Shown in pieces: positions 18,612-27,725 of a DNA stretch of 44,313 nt (position 1 is the first letter of the stretch; every line of letters starts with the position of its first letter). The DNA lies in assembly GCA_900551355.1 (NCBI GenBank), contig URVR01000001.1, forward strand, positions 1-44,313, given 5' to 3'. The notes below the pieces were generated by a model. That model saw only the letters and a list, made by a program, of their open reading frames with translations. It searched no databases and was not told the origin of the DNA. The DNA is from an uncultured Eubacteriales bacterium. Its GTDB lineage: Bacteria; Bacillota; Clostridia; Oscillospirales; Oscillospiraceae. The position numbers were made by a program, and so were the translations under genes.

Positions 18612-19423
18612 GATCGTACCCCCCAATAGTCGTTCAATATTTTTTCCCCGCGCAGCACCAGCAGGTACATCAGCACCGCCGCAGCCGCAAGGATCATCAC
18701 GCTGGTCATCACCAGATCCATGTTGAACACCTGCGAGCCGTAGACGATGAGATAGCCCAGACCGGCGCGCGAGACAAGGAACTCGCCCATGATGACGCCC
18801 ACCCACGAAAGGCCCACGTTCACCTTCAGCGTGGAAAACAGGGTGGGGCAGTTGGCGGGAAACACCAGCATCCACAGGATCTGACGCCGCGTGGCTCCCA
18901 GCGTGCGCATCAGGCGCACCTTCTCCGGGTCGGTGGCCCGGAAGCCCGTGTACATATTCAGGATCGTCACGATCAGCGAAATGGCCAGCGTCATGGTGAC
19001 GATGGCCCCCGTACCCGCGCCCATCCAGACGATAAAGATAGGCCCCAGCGCCGTTTTCGGCAGGGCGTTCAGCACCACCAGATACGGGTCGAGGATGTGG
19101 GCCGCCGTGTCCGACCACCACATGAGCACCGCCACCGCCGTGCCCAGCAGCGTACCGACGGTGAAGCCGGCCACCGTTTCCAGGCAGGACACGCCGATGT
19201 GGTGCAGCAGCTGGCCGGAGCGGCACAGCGACCAGAACGTGGCCGCCATGCGGCTGGGGCAGCTGACCAGAAAGCCGTCGGAAAGACCCAGCCGGCAGCT
19301 CAGCTCCCAGAAGCCGAACAGGCCGACCAGCAGCGCGATCTGCCAGACGCGGATGCGGCGCTTCTGCCGCCGGACGCCGGACAGATACGCCAGCCGGCGC
19401 GGGGACAGCGGGGTATCAGCCAT
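18608..19423 (-). CDS. ABC transporter permease (NitT/TauT, YtlD-like)
   Basis: LDPYLVVLNALPKTALGP, LKVNVGLSWVGVIMGEFL. Confidence 0.92.
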   Translation of the reverse strand: MADTPLSPRRLAYLSGVRRQKRRIRVWQIALLVGLFGFWELSCRLGLSDGFLVSCPSRMAATFWSLCRSGQLLHHIGVSCLETVAGFTVGTLLGTAVAVLMWWSDTAAHILDPYLVVLNALPKTALGPIFIVWMGAGTGAIVTMTLAISLIVTILNMYTGFRATDPEKVRLMRTLGATRRQILWMLVFPANCPTLFSTLKVNVGLSWVGVIMGEFLVSRAGLGYLIVYGSQVFNMDLVMTSVMILAAAAVLMYLLVLRGEKILNDYWGVRS

Positions 19424-20174
19424 GCACATCCAGCTCCTTCCATATCAGATCGAAATATCGGTGGAATTCCGGCGTGTTTCGCCGCTCCAGCGGCGGAAGC
19501 CCCCGCAGCGTCCCCATGTCCAGCACCGTTTTCACCACGGCGGGCCGGGCAGACAGCACCACCACCCGATCGGACATGCTCACCGCCTCCGCGATGTCGT
19601 GGGTCACCAGCAGGGCGGTCTTTCCCTCCTGCCGGATGATGCGCCAGATGTCCGCCGACACCGCAAGGCGGGTCTGGTAATCCAGTGCGGAGAACGGCTC
19701 ATCCAGCAGCAGGATCTCCGGATCGGTGGCCAGCGTGCGGATCAGGGCGCAGCGCTGGCGCATGCCGCCGGACAGCTGGCAAGGCCGCTTTCTGGCAAAG
19801 CCCGCCAGCTCGTAGCGCTCCAGCAGCTCCGCCACATGGTCATAGGCGGCGCTCCCTCTCTCCCGCTGCACCGCCAGACCCAGCGTCACGTTGTCCCAGA
19901 TGCTCTTCCACTCAAACAGCTGATCCCGCTGGGGCATGAACCCGATGCGGCGGGTCGGCCCTGTTACGGGTACGCCCGCTACCTCGACGGTGCCGCCGGA
20001 CAGCGTCTCCAGCCCGGCGATAGCCCCCAGCAGCGTGGATTTGCCGCAGCCGGACGGCCCCACCAGACTGACGAACTCCCCCTGCGCCACGTCAAAGGAT
20101 ACGTCGCGTACCGCCTCCACCTCCCCGTCGGGGGCCTGATAGCAGGCGGCAGCATGACGGAGATGTATGCTCAT
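19416..20174 (-). CDS. ABC transporter ATP-binding protein (NitT/TauT, YtlC-like)
   Basis: GPSGCGKST, LSGGMRQR, LLDEPFSALDYQTR, VTHD. Confidence 0.95.
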   Translation of the reverse strand: MSIHLRHAAACYQAPDGEVEAVRDVSFDVAQGEFVSLVGPSGCGKSTLLGAIAGLETLSGGTVEVAGVPVTGPTRRIGFMPQRDQLFEWKSIWDNVTLGLAVQRERGSAAYDHVAELLERYELAGFARKRPCQLSGGMRQRCALIRTLATDPEILLLDEPFSALDYQTRLAVSADIWRIIRQEGKTALLVTHDIAEAVSMSDRVVVLSARPAVVKTVLDMGTLRGLPPLERRNTPEFHRYFDLIWKELDVHG

Positions 20175-20226
20175 AAAACCTGTGACCTCCTGTCACAAAA
20201 AATGCGGAGAATCCCTCTCCGTTCTC

Positions 20227-20252
20227 ATTCTATGCCAGTGCGGGCCGGGGGT
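20227..20252 (-). promoter_or_regulatory. candidate sigma-K promoter of the ytl-like operon
   Basis: AC-N16-CATAGAAT on minus strand, the SigK pattern; short motif, so could be chance. Confidence 0.5.
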
Positions 20253-20283
20253 GAAAAAATTTGCCGGGCACGGAAATTCCCTG

Positions 20284-20336
20284 TTGACAAGCGGAGTCGG
20301 AAGTGGTATAACGTAACCAACCTACCGGATAGGTAG
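20284..20336 (+). promoter_or_regulatory. sigma-A promoter of cysK with candidate Rrf2 operator
   Basis: TTGACA-N17-TATAAC with extended TG; inverted repeat CCTACC-GGATA-GGTAG at 20321-20336. Confidence 0.7.
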
Positions 20337-20363
20337 TAATTCAGAGGGACAGGAGGGTGTGTC

Positions 20364-20444
20364 ATGAGGACACGGCCAGCAGACCATACGGACTTCCGAT
20401 GTTGCCGCGGCGGCTGTTCCGCCTCCGGGCGCACCATGCGATAA
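20364..20444 (+). CDS. candidate Cys-containing leader peptide (26 aa)
   Basis: AGGAGG RBS then MRTRPADHTDFRCCRGGCSASGRTMR-stop, between promoter and cysK. Confidence 0.45.
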   Translation: MRTRPADHTDFRCCRGGCSASGRTMR

Positions 20445-20494
20445 AGCAATAAAGACAACAACCCAACGTGATCATAAAGAAAAGGAGAATCGTT

Positions 20495-21427
20495 ATGTCC
20501 AACATTTATACATCCGCTGACCAGCTCATCGGCAAGACGCCGCTGCTGGAGCTGACCCATATCGAGAAGAAGTTCGGCCTGAAGGCAAAGATCCTGGCCA
20601 AGCTGGAGTATTTCAATCCCGCCGGCAGCGTGAAGGACCGCGTGGCCCGTGCCATGATCGACGACGCCGAGGCCAAGGGGATCCTGAAGCCCGGCAGCGT
20701 CATCATCGAGCCTACCTCCGGCAACACCGGCATCGGCCTGGCCTCCGTGGCGGCAGCCCGGGGCTACCGCATCATCATCGTCATGCCGGAGACCATGAGC
20801 GTGGAGCGCCGCCAGATCATGAAGGCCTACGGCGCGGAGCTGGTGCTCACCGAGGGCGCCAAGGGCATGAAGGGCGCTATCGCCAAGGCCGACGAGCTGG
20901 CCAAGGAGATCCCCGACAGCTTTGTGCCCGGTCAGTTCGTGAATCCCGCCAACCCCAAGGCCCACTTTGAGACCACCGGCCCGGAGATCTGGGAGGATAC
21001 CGACGGTCAGGTGGACTGGTTCGTGGCCGGCGTGGGCACCGGCGGCACCGTCACCGGTGTGGGCCAGTACCTGAAGAGCAAGAACCCCGCCGTGAAGGTG
21101 GCGGCGGTGGAGCCCAAGTCCTCCGCCGTGCTGTCCACCGGCGTGGCCGGCTCCCACAAGATTCAGGGCATCGGCGCCGGCTTCGTCCCCGACGTGCTGG
21201 ACACCAAGGTGTATGACGAGATCATCCCCGTGGATAACGACGATGCCTTCAAGCTGGGCAAGGAGATGGGCCGCAGCGAGGGCGTGCTGGTGGGCATCTC
21301 CTCCGGCGCGGCGCTGTGGGCGGCCATCGAGCTGGCCAAGCGCCCGGAGAACGAGGGCAAGAACATCGTGGTGCTGCTGCCGGATACCGGCGACCGCTAC
21401 CTGTCCACGCCGCTGTTCGCGGACTGA
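20495..21427 (+). CDS. cysK: cysteine synthase A
   Basis: [20 protein letters not shown] (PLP lysine), [33 protein letters not shown]. Confidence 0.97.
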   Translation: MSNIYTSADQLIGKTPLLELTHIEKKFGLKAKILAKLEYFNPAGSVKDRVARAMIDDAEAKGILKPGSVIIEPTSGNTGIGLASVAAARGYRIIIVMPETMSVERRQIMKAYGAELVLTEGAKGMKGAIAKADELAKEIPDSFVPGQFVNPANPKAHFETTGPEIWEDTDGQVDWFVAGVGTGGTVTGVGQYLKSKNPAVKVAAVEPKSSAVLSTGVAGSHKIQGIGAGFVPDVLDTKVYDEIIPVDNDDAFKLGKEMGRSEGVLVGISSGAALWAAIELAKRPENEGKNIVVLLPDTGDRYLSTPLFAD

Positions 21428-21440
21428 GCAGACAAGAGAA

Positions 21441-21512
21441 AAAGCGGAGTGCTGACGCACTCCGCTTTCTTTATGCAGCAGAAGGCCCACGGCTTCGCCG
21501 TGGGTCTTCTGT
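21441..21512. terminator. two tandem hairpins between convergent cysK and Rrf2 genes
   Basis: AAAGCGGAGTGC / GCACTCCGCTTT and AGAAGGCCCACGG / CCGTGGGTCTTCT. Confidence 0.8.
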
Positions 21513-21937
21513 CAGATCACATAGTCGCCGCCCTGCGGCGCGTTCATCAGTTCCGCCAGCGTGATGCCGGAAAAATAGTCCCGGGTCAGGTCGTAGTACC
21601 CCTGCCACACCGGCAGGGTGCGGCATTCCGCCGCCCGCTGGCAGGGTGCGGCGTTCCGCTGGAGGCAGGCCACCGGCGCCAGATCGCCCTCCGCCAGCGT
21701 CAGGATCTCCCACAGCGTGTAGTCCTCCGGCGCGCGGGTCAGGCGGTAGCCGCCGCCGGCGCCGTGAACGCTGTCGATCAGTCCCGCCGACTTCAGGGCG
21801 GGCATCAGGCGCTCGATATACTTCAAGGAGATATCCTGCCGCGCGGCTACCTCCTTCATGGGGATATAGCCGCCGTTATGGTGCTCCGCCAGATCCAGCA
21901 GGATGCGGACGGAATAGCGGCCTTTGGTGGAGATCAT
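21512..21937 (-). CDS. Rrf2 family transcriptional regulator (CymR/IscR-like)
   Basis: MISTKGRYSVR, ISLKYIE, HGAGGGYRL, EGDLAPVAC with three C-terminal Cys. Confidence 0.93.
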   Translation of the reverse strand: MISTKGRYSVRILLDLAEHHNGGYIPMKEVAARQDISLKYIERLMPALKSAGLIDSVHGAGGGYRLTRAPEDYTLWEILTLAEGDLAPVACLQRNAAPCQRAAECRTLPVWQGYYDLTRDYFSGITLAELMNAPQGGDYVI

Positions 21938-21968
21938 GGAAAAGCCCCCTTTGTCAACCGATGGTATG

Positions 21969-22033
21969 ATTATACCACCAACACGGTAGGAAATGCAAGA
22001 GCAGTTGACAGCGGCGGCGCGGCGGACTATGAT
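21969..22033. promoter_or_regulatory. divergent sigma-A promoters (Rrf2 gene and galactokinase-like gene)
   Basis: Minus: TTGCAT-N18-TATAAT (21969-21998); plus: TTGACA-N17-TATGAT (22005-22033). Confidence 0.7.
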
Positions 22034-22062
22034 GCAGGTAGAAAACAGCAGGAGGAACTGTC

Positions 22063-23193
22063 ATGGAGCAGTATTTTTCCGCACCCGGCCGGGTAGAGCT
22101 GGGCGGCAATCACACCGACCACCAGCACGGCTGTGTGCTGGCCGCCGCCGTGGAGCTGGACCTGCGGGCGGCGGTGACGCCCAACGGCACCGGCACCATC
22201 CGGGTATTTTCCGACGGCTTTGCGCCCGCAGAGGTGGATATCGGCGGCTGGGACGTCCGCCCGGAGGAACGGAACACCACGGCGGCACTGGTGCGCGGCG
22301 TGGCGGCGCAGTTTGCCGCCCGGGGTGCGGCACTGTCCGGCGCGGACATCCGCGTGACCGGTCAGGTGCCGGTGGGGTCGGGGCTGTCCAGCTCCGCCGC
22401 CTTCGAGGTGCTGCTGGGCCGGGTGTTCAACGGCCTGTTCTGCGGCGGCGCCGTATCGGCGGAGGACATCGCCCGCATGGGTCAGGCGGCGGAGCGGGAC
22501 TACTTCGGCAAGCCCTGCGGTCTGATGGACCAGATGGCCTCCAGCGTGGAGGGGCTGGTGTACATGGACTTCGCCGACCCGACCCGGCCGGTGGTGGAGC
22601 GCATCGGCTGTGACCTCCGCCGCAGCGGATACCGCCTGTGCGTCGTGGACAGCGGGGCGGATCACGCCGATCTGACGGCGGACTACGCCGCCATACCGGA
22701 GGAGCTGCGGCAGGTGTGCCGCGTATTCGGAAGGGACGTCCTCCGGGAGGTGGACGAGGCCGCGTTCTATCGCCGTCTGCCGGAGGTGCGGGCGGCGGCG
22801 GGTGACCGGGCGGTGCTGCGGGCCATCCATGTCTTTGACGAGAACCGCCGGGCGAAGGCGGAGGCTGAGGCCCTGCGCCGCGGGGATCTCGGCGCGTTTC
22901 TGGCGCTGGTCAACGAGTCCGGCGCATCATCGTGGCAGTACCTCCAGAACGTGGCGGCGGCAGACCCGCGCCATCAGGCGCTGGCGCTGACGCTGGCCCT
23001 GTGCCGCCGGGCGCTGGCGGGACAGGGCGCCGTCCGGGTACACGGCGGCGGCTTCGCCGGCACGGCGCTGGCTTTCGTGCCGGAGACGCTGTGCCCGCAG
23101 TTCCAGCGTCAGGTGGAGCAGGCGCTGGGGGTAGACAGATGCCGTTTTTTGTCCGTCAGGAATCCCCTTGCCGGGAACGGTGAATACTGCTAA
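22063..23193 (+). CDS. galactokinase family (GHMP) sugar kinase
   Basis: APGRVELGGNHTDHQ, PVGSGLSSSAA, GKPCGLMDQ, RVHGGGFAG. Confidence 0.9.
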   Translation: MEQYFSAPGRVELGGNHTDHQHGCVLAAAVELDLRAAVTPNGTGTIRVFSDGFAPAEVDIGGWDVRPEERNTTAALVRGVAAQFAARGAALSGADIRVTGQVPVGSGLSSSAAFEVLLGRVFNGLFCGGAVSAEDIARMGQAAERDYFGKPCGLMDQMASSVEGLVYMDFADPTRPVVERIGCDLRRSGYRLCVVDSGADHADLTADYAAIPEELRQVCRVFGRDVLREVDEAAFYRRLPEVRAAAGDRAVLRAIHVFDENRRAKAEAEALRRGDLGAFLALVNESGASSWQYLQNVAAADPRHQALALTLALCRRALAGQGAVRVHGGGFAGTALAFVPETLCPQFQRQVEQALGVDRCRFLSVRNPLAGNGEYC

Positions 23194-23252
23194 AATAAGG
23201 TACATCCAAATGGAGCCAAACGCTTTCCCGCGTTGGAAAGGAGTTATATGCT

Positions 23253-24992
23253 ATGAGAAAGACCAAGATCGTCTGTACACTGGGGCCGGCCACCGACCGG
23301 GAGGGTGTGCTGCGGGACATGATGCTTGCGGGCATGAACGTGGCCCGCTTCAACTTCTCCCACGGCACCCATCCGGAGCACAAGGCGCGGCTGGACGCCG
23401 TAAAGGCTCTGCGGGAGGAGCTGGATCTGCCGGTGGCGGCCATGCTGGACACCAAAGGCCCGGAGGTGCGGCTGCGCAGCTTCAAAAACGGTGCCGTGGA
23501 ACTGACGGCGGGGCAGGAGTTCACCCTGACCACGGAGGACGTGGAGGGCGACGAGACCCGCTGCGCCATCACCTACGCCGCGCTGCCCCAGGACGTCAGC
23601 GCCGGGGACACCATCCTGCTGGACGACGGACTGGTGCGGCTGACGGTGCTGGAGACCACCGGCAAGACCATCCGCTGCCGGGTAGAGAACAGCGGCGCCA
23701 TGAAGGATCACAAGGGCGTCAACGTACCCGGCGTGTCCCTGTCCATGCCCTACATGAGCCAGCAGGATAAGGACGACATCCTGTTCGGCGTGGAGCAGGG
23801 CTTCGACTTCATCGCCGCCAGCTTCGTCCGCTGCGCCGCCGACATCCGGGACATCCGCCGGGTGCTGGACGCCGCCCACTCCCGGATGCGCATCATTGCC
23901 AAGATCGAGAACCAGGAGGGCGTCAGCAACCTGCGGGAGATCCTTGCGGAGGCGGACGGCGTCATGGTGGCCCGTGGCGACATGGGCGTGGAGATCGACT
24001 TTACGGAGATCCCCGCCATCCAGAAGGACACGATCGCCCAGTGCGTGGCCTGCGGCAAGCCGGTGATCACCGCCACCCAGATGCTGGACTCCATGATCGA
24101 GAATCCCCGGCCCACCCGTGCCGAGATCACCGACGTGGCCAACGCCATCTACGACGGCACCAGCGCCATCATGCTCTCCGGCGAGACGGCGGCGGGCAAG
24201 TACCCTGTGGAGGCCGTCAGGACCATGGACGCCATTGCCCGCAGGACGGAGAGCAGCATCGACTGCTCCCGGGCGGCGGTGCCTCCGGCCCGCACCCATC
24301 TGTCCGTGACGGCGGCCACGGCCCACGCCGCCTGCACCACGGCGGCGGACATCGGCGCCGACGCCATCCTGACGGTCAGCCAGGGGGGCATCACCGCCCA
24401 GATGGTCAGCCGGTTCCGGCCGGAGGCCACGGTGGTGGCGCTGCTGCTGGATCCCCAGATCCGCCGCCAGATGGCGCTTTACTGGGGGCTGGTGCCCATT
24501 ATGATGGAACGGGCGGACAACACCGATGAGATGGTGCGCTCCGCCATCGACACGGCGGAAAGGGCCGGCCTCGTGAAGCACGGCGATCTGGTGGTGGTCA
24601 CCGCCGGTGTGCCTGTGGGCGTGTCCGGCACCACCAATATGATCCGCATCGAGCAGGTGGGCGGCGCGCTGGTCAACGCCTCCGGCATCGGCGACCAGAC
24701 GGCCTCCGGCCCGCTGTGCGTCTGCCGCACGCCGGAGGAGGTGCCGGAGAAGTTCCACCCCGGCGACGTGCTGGTGGTGCCCTATACCAATAACGAGCTG
24801 CTGCCCTACATGAAGGAGGCGGCGGCGGTCATCAGCGAGGAGATCAGCGCCGAGGGCCATACGGCCACCGTGGGTCTGCTGCTGCACAAGCCGGTGATCA
24901 TCGGCGCGGTGCATGCCACCCGGCGGCTCCACGACGGTGTGCAGGTGTCCGTGGACTGCGCCCGGGGCATCGTGCAGGTCATGCCGCAGTAA
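23253..24992 (+). CDS. pyk: pyruvate kinase with C-terminal PEP-utiliser domain
   Basis: RKTKIVCTLGPA, ARFNFSHG, LDTKGPE, AKIEN, MVARGDMG, ATQMLDSM, MLSGETA. Confidence 0.97.
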   Translation: MRKTKIVCTLGPATDREGVLRDMMLAGMNVARFNFSHGTHPEHKARLDAVKALREELDLPVAAMLDTKGPEVRLRSFKNGAVELTAGQEFTLTTEDVEGDETRCAITYAALPQDVSAGDTILLDDGLVRLTVLETTGKTIRCRVENSGAMKDHKGVNVPGVSLSMPYMSQQDKDDILFGVEQGFDFIAASFVRCAADIRDIRRVLDAAHSRMRIIAKIENQEGVSNLREILAEADGVMVARGDMGVEIDFTEIPAIQKDTIAQCVACGKPVITATQMLDSMIENPRPTRAEITDVANAIYDGTSAIMLSGETAAGKYPVEAVRTMDAIARRTESSIDCSRAAVPPARTHLSVTAATAHAACTTAADIGADAILTVSQGGITAQMVSRFRPEATVVALLLDPQIRRQMALYWGLVPIMMERADNTDEMVRSAIDTAERAGLVKHGDLVVVTAGVPVGVSGTTNMIRIEQVGGALVNASGIGDQTASGPLCVCRTPEEVPEKFHPGDVLVVPYTNNELLPYMKEAAAVISEEISAEGHTATVGLLLHKPVIIGAVHATRRLHDGVQVSVDCARGIVQVMPQ

Positions 24993-25008
24993 AGAGGAGG
25001 AGACGCAT

Positions 25009-25794
25009 ATGGTCATCGGATTCATCGGGCTGGGCAATATGGCCGCCGCCATGGTGCGGGGCATCGCGGCGGCGCAGCTGGAGGGCGTGACCCTCTGCGG
25101 CCACAACCCCCATCCGGAAAAGGCGAAGGCGCTGACGGAGAGCTGCGGCCTGCGGCTGTGCGCCTCCAATGCGGAGGTGCTGTCCGCCAGCGACGTGGTG
25201 GTGCTGGCGGTAAAGCCCCAGATCCTGGAGGGCGTGCTGGCGGAGATCGCGCCGCAGGCGGCAGGCAGGCTGTTCCTGTCCGTAGCGGCCGGCAAGGAAC
25301 TGGCGTGGCTGGAGGCCCGGCTGGGGCATGAGGCCATCATCCGCGCCATGCCCAACATCAATGCCGTGGTAGGCGCGTCCGTCACCGGCTGGTGCGCCAA
25401 CGACGCAGCCGACACGGCCCAGCGGGAGCTGGCCGCCCGGCTGCTGGGCACTTTCGGCACGGCGGTGGAGGTGCCGGAGAGGTTCATGGGCATCGTGGGC
25501 GCCATCGGCGGCGCCGCCCCGGCGTACACCTATCTCTACATCAACGCGCTGGCGGAGGCGGCGGTGCAGGCCGGTATGCCCAAGGGCATGGCGGTGGAGA
25601 TCGCCGCCGCCATGGCGGAGGGCAGCGGCCGCATGGTGCGTCTGTCCGAACGGCACCCCTGGGCGCTGATCGACCAGGTCACGTCCCCCGGCGGCACCAC
25701 GGTAGAAGGGCTGCTGGCGCTCCAGCAGGGCGGCTTTGAGTCCGCCGTTCACGCGGCGGTGCAGGCCGTGCTGGAAAAGGACAAACGGATGTAG
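25009..25794 (+). CDS. proC: pyrroline-5-carboxylate reductase
   Basis: IGFIGLGNMA, LAVKPQ, RAMPN, VTSPGGTT; GGAGG RBS. Confidence 0.95.
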   Translation: MVIGFIGLGNMAAAMVRGIAAAQLEGVTLCGHNPHPEKAKALTESCGLRLCASNAEVLSASDVVVLAVKPQILEGVLAEIAPQAAGRLFLSVAAGKELAWLEARLGHEAIIRAMPNINAVVGASVTGWCANDAADTAQRELAARLLGTFGTAVEVPERFMGIVGAIGGAAPAYTYLYINALAEAAVQAGMPKGMAVEIAAAMAEGSGRMVRLSERHPWALIDQVTSPGGTTVEGLLALQQGGFESAVHAAVQAVLEKDKRM

Positions 25795-25881
25795 CAAAAC
25801 GGCGGCGCTGCGGCTATCTGCGGCGCCGTCATTTTTTCGGCGGAACGGACATACTACCAAAAAACAAAGGAGGCATGCGCC

Positions 25882-26856
25882 ATGTGTACGGCGGCGGCAT
25901 ATCTGACAAAGGACTTCTACTTCGGGCGGAATCTGGACTACGAGCGCTCCTTCGGGGAGAGCGTGGTCATCACGCCCCGCCGGTGGCCCCTGCCCCGGCG
26001 GCACGGCGCCGCGCTGGAGACGCACTACGCCATGATCGGCATGGCCTGCATGGCGGACGGCTTTCCCCTGTACTATGACGCGGTGAACGAAAAGGGCCTG
26101 TGCATCGCGGGGCTGAACTTCGTGGACAGCGCGGTGTACCGCCCGGTACGGGAGGGCGCGGAGAACGTGGCCCAGTTCGAGCTGATCCCCTGGCTGCTGG
26201 GGCGCTGCGCCACGCTGGCGGAGGCCCGGGCGCTGCTGGCGCGCACCAGCATCACCGACACGCCGTTCTGCGACGGTCTGCCGGCGGCGCGGCTCCACTG
26301 GATGGTCGCCGACCGCACCGGCTGCATCGCGGTGGAGCCGGTGGCCGACGGTCTCCAGGTCTACGACGATCCGGCATGGGTGCTGACCAACGAGCCGCCA
26401 TTCCCCATGCAGCTGTTCGCCCTGAACAACTACGCCCAGCTGTCGCCGGAGCCGCCGGTGAACCGATTCGCGCCGGAGCTGCCGCTGGCGGCGTACAGCC
26501 GGGGCATGGGCGCCATGGGCCTGCCGGGGGATCTGTCCTCCCAGTCCCGGTTCGTGCGGACAGCCTTTGTCCGGGCCAACTCCCTCTCCGGCGACGGCGA
26601 GGCGGAGAGCCTGAGCCAGCTGTTCCACATTCTGGGCGCGGCGGCGCAGCAGCGGGGCTGCTGCCGCCTGTCTGACGGCGCCTGCGAGCGGACGCTGTAC
26701 ACCGGCTGCTGCAATGCCGACCGTGGCGTGTACTACTACACCACCTACGACAACAGCCAGATCACTGCCGTGGACATGCACCGCGCCGATCTGGACGGCG
26801 ACGCACCGGTGAGCTATCCGCTGCTGACGGACATGCGGATATACCGGCAGAACTGA
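25882..26856 (+). CDS. bsh: choloylglycine hydrolase (bile salt hydrolase / penicillin V acylase, Ntn hydrolase)
   Basis: N-terminal nucleophile MCT, GRNLDY, NEKGL, LTNEPPF, YSRGMG, LPGDLSSQSRF. Confidence 0.9.
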   Translation: MCTAAAYLTKDFYFGRNLDYERSFGESVVITPRRWPLPRRHGAALETHYAMIGMACMADGFPLYYDAVNEKGLCIAGLNFVDSAVYRPVREGAENVAQFELIPWLLGRCATLAEARALLARTSITDTPFCDGLPAARLHWMVADRTGCIAVEPVADGLQVYDDPAWVLTNEPPFPMQLFALNNYAQLSPEPPVNRFAPELPLAAYSRGMGAMGLPGDLSSQSRFVRTAFVRANSLSGDGEAESLSQLFHILGAAAQQRGCCRLSDGACERTLYTGCCNADRGVYYYTTYDNSQITAVDMHRADLDGDAPVSYPLLTDMRIYRQN

Positions 26857-27081
26857 CAGAAGGAGGAGGATCAGCGCCGTGGGGTCGGTAACGCTGAAGA
26901 TGACCAGCCAGAGGATGTTATGGCCGAAGGAGCCTGCCACCGCGCCGCTGAAGGTGTACAGACCCGACACGGCAAAGGCAAACACACAGGCGACGTCCCG
27001 CCAGTTGTGCTCGATCTTGTGCCAGTTGGTAGAGGTGCCGATGAGACTGTCATAGAATTCCTTTAGTGACTGCTCTGCCAT
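26857..27081 (-). pseudogene. 5' remnant of a membrane protein gene
   Basis: GGAAGGAG RBS, about 65-75 protein-like codons with two hydrophobic stretches, then the frame runs into the antisense of bsh. Confidence 0.55.
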
Positions 27082-27380
27082 AGCATGTACTCCTTCCTGC
27101 TTCTCTCTGATGAGGGTTGGGACAAATTTGCTTTTGGGACACAGCTTTTGCGATGTGACCGCGGATCCTTTCCAGCGATAACGGCCGGGGCGCCTATCTC
27201 CCGATCGTTATAACCTTGTCAATCTTTATAGCAAAATCCGTTGTTTCGTTTTACGGATCCTTCTTCTCTTGCTCACAGCAGCTTGATGTGCTATAGTAGG
27301 CGTGTATTGTCCGCGCGCCGGCGCGGCGCCCGGTGTGACACATCGCCGGCATGCGCGGTCGTCGGCCTGTTTCTCCTAAC

Positions 27381-27725
27381 ATGGTGCAGTCCATCTCCGT
27401 GCTGCAGATGGATTCCATCGAGCTGGAGGCCTTTGTGGCCGGCTCCGTGGAGTCCAATCCCATGCTGGAATACCTGCCCCCGCCGTCCTCCCACATCGCG
27501 GAGCTGCAGCGGAAGCACCGGTGGATGTCCGCCGGCTCCTCCGGCACCTATCTGGAGGAGCTGGGCCGTGAGCAGTACGGAGCCATCGCCAAGGCGCTGT
27601 CCGTCCCCGCCGCCCAGGTGAGCCGGGCCGCTCAGGAGATCCGGCGGCTGGATCCCCGCCCCGGCGCCAGCTTCGGCAAGGTGGCGGTGCCCGCCAAACT
27701 GAACAGGATGGTATCTGACCTATGA
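27381..27725 (+). pseudogene. rpoN: internally deleted sigma-54 (RpoN) remnant
   Basis: SPNMVQSISVLQMDSIELEAFVAGSVESNPMLE resembles Region I; YLEELGREQYGAIAKAL...EIRRLDPRPG resembles the end of the core-binding domain; no HTH or RpoN box. Confidence 0.8.

Noticed and set aside
20340..20494. T-box or SAM riboswitch before cysK
   Set aside because: No GGTGGNACC T-box, no SAM-I core, no terminator
24979..27081. 700-aa minus-strand ORF
   Set aside because: Only the first 65-75 codons look genuine; the rest is the antisense shadow of bsh and proC
27117..27151. sigma-54 -24/-12 promoter
   Set aside because: GG-to-GC spacing is not the required 10 nt in either copy
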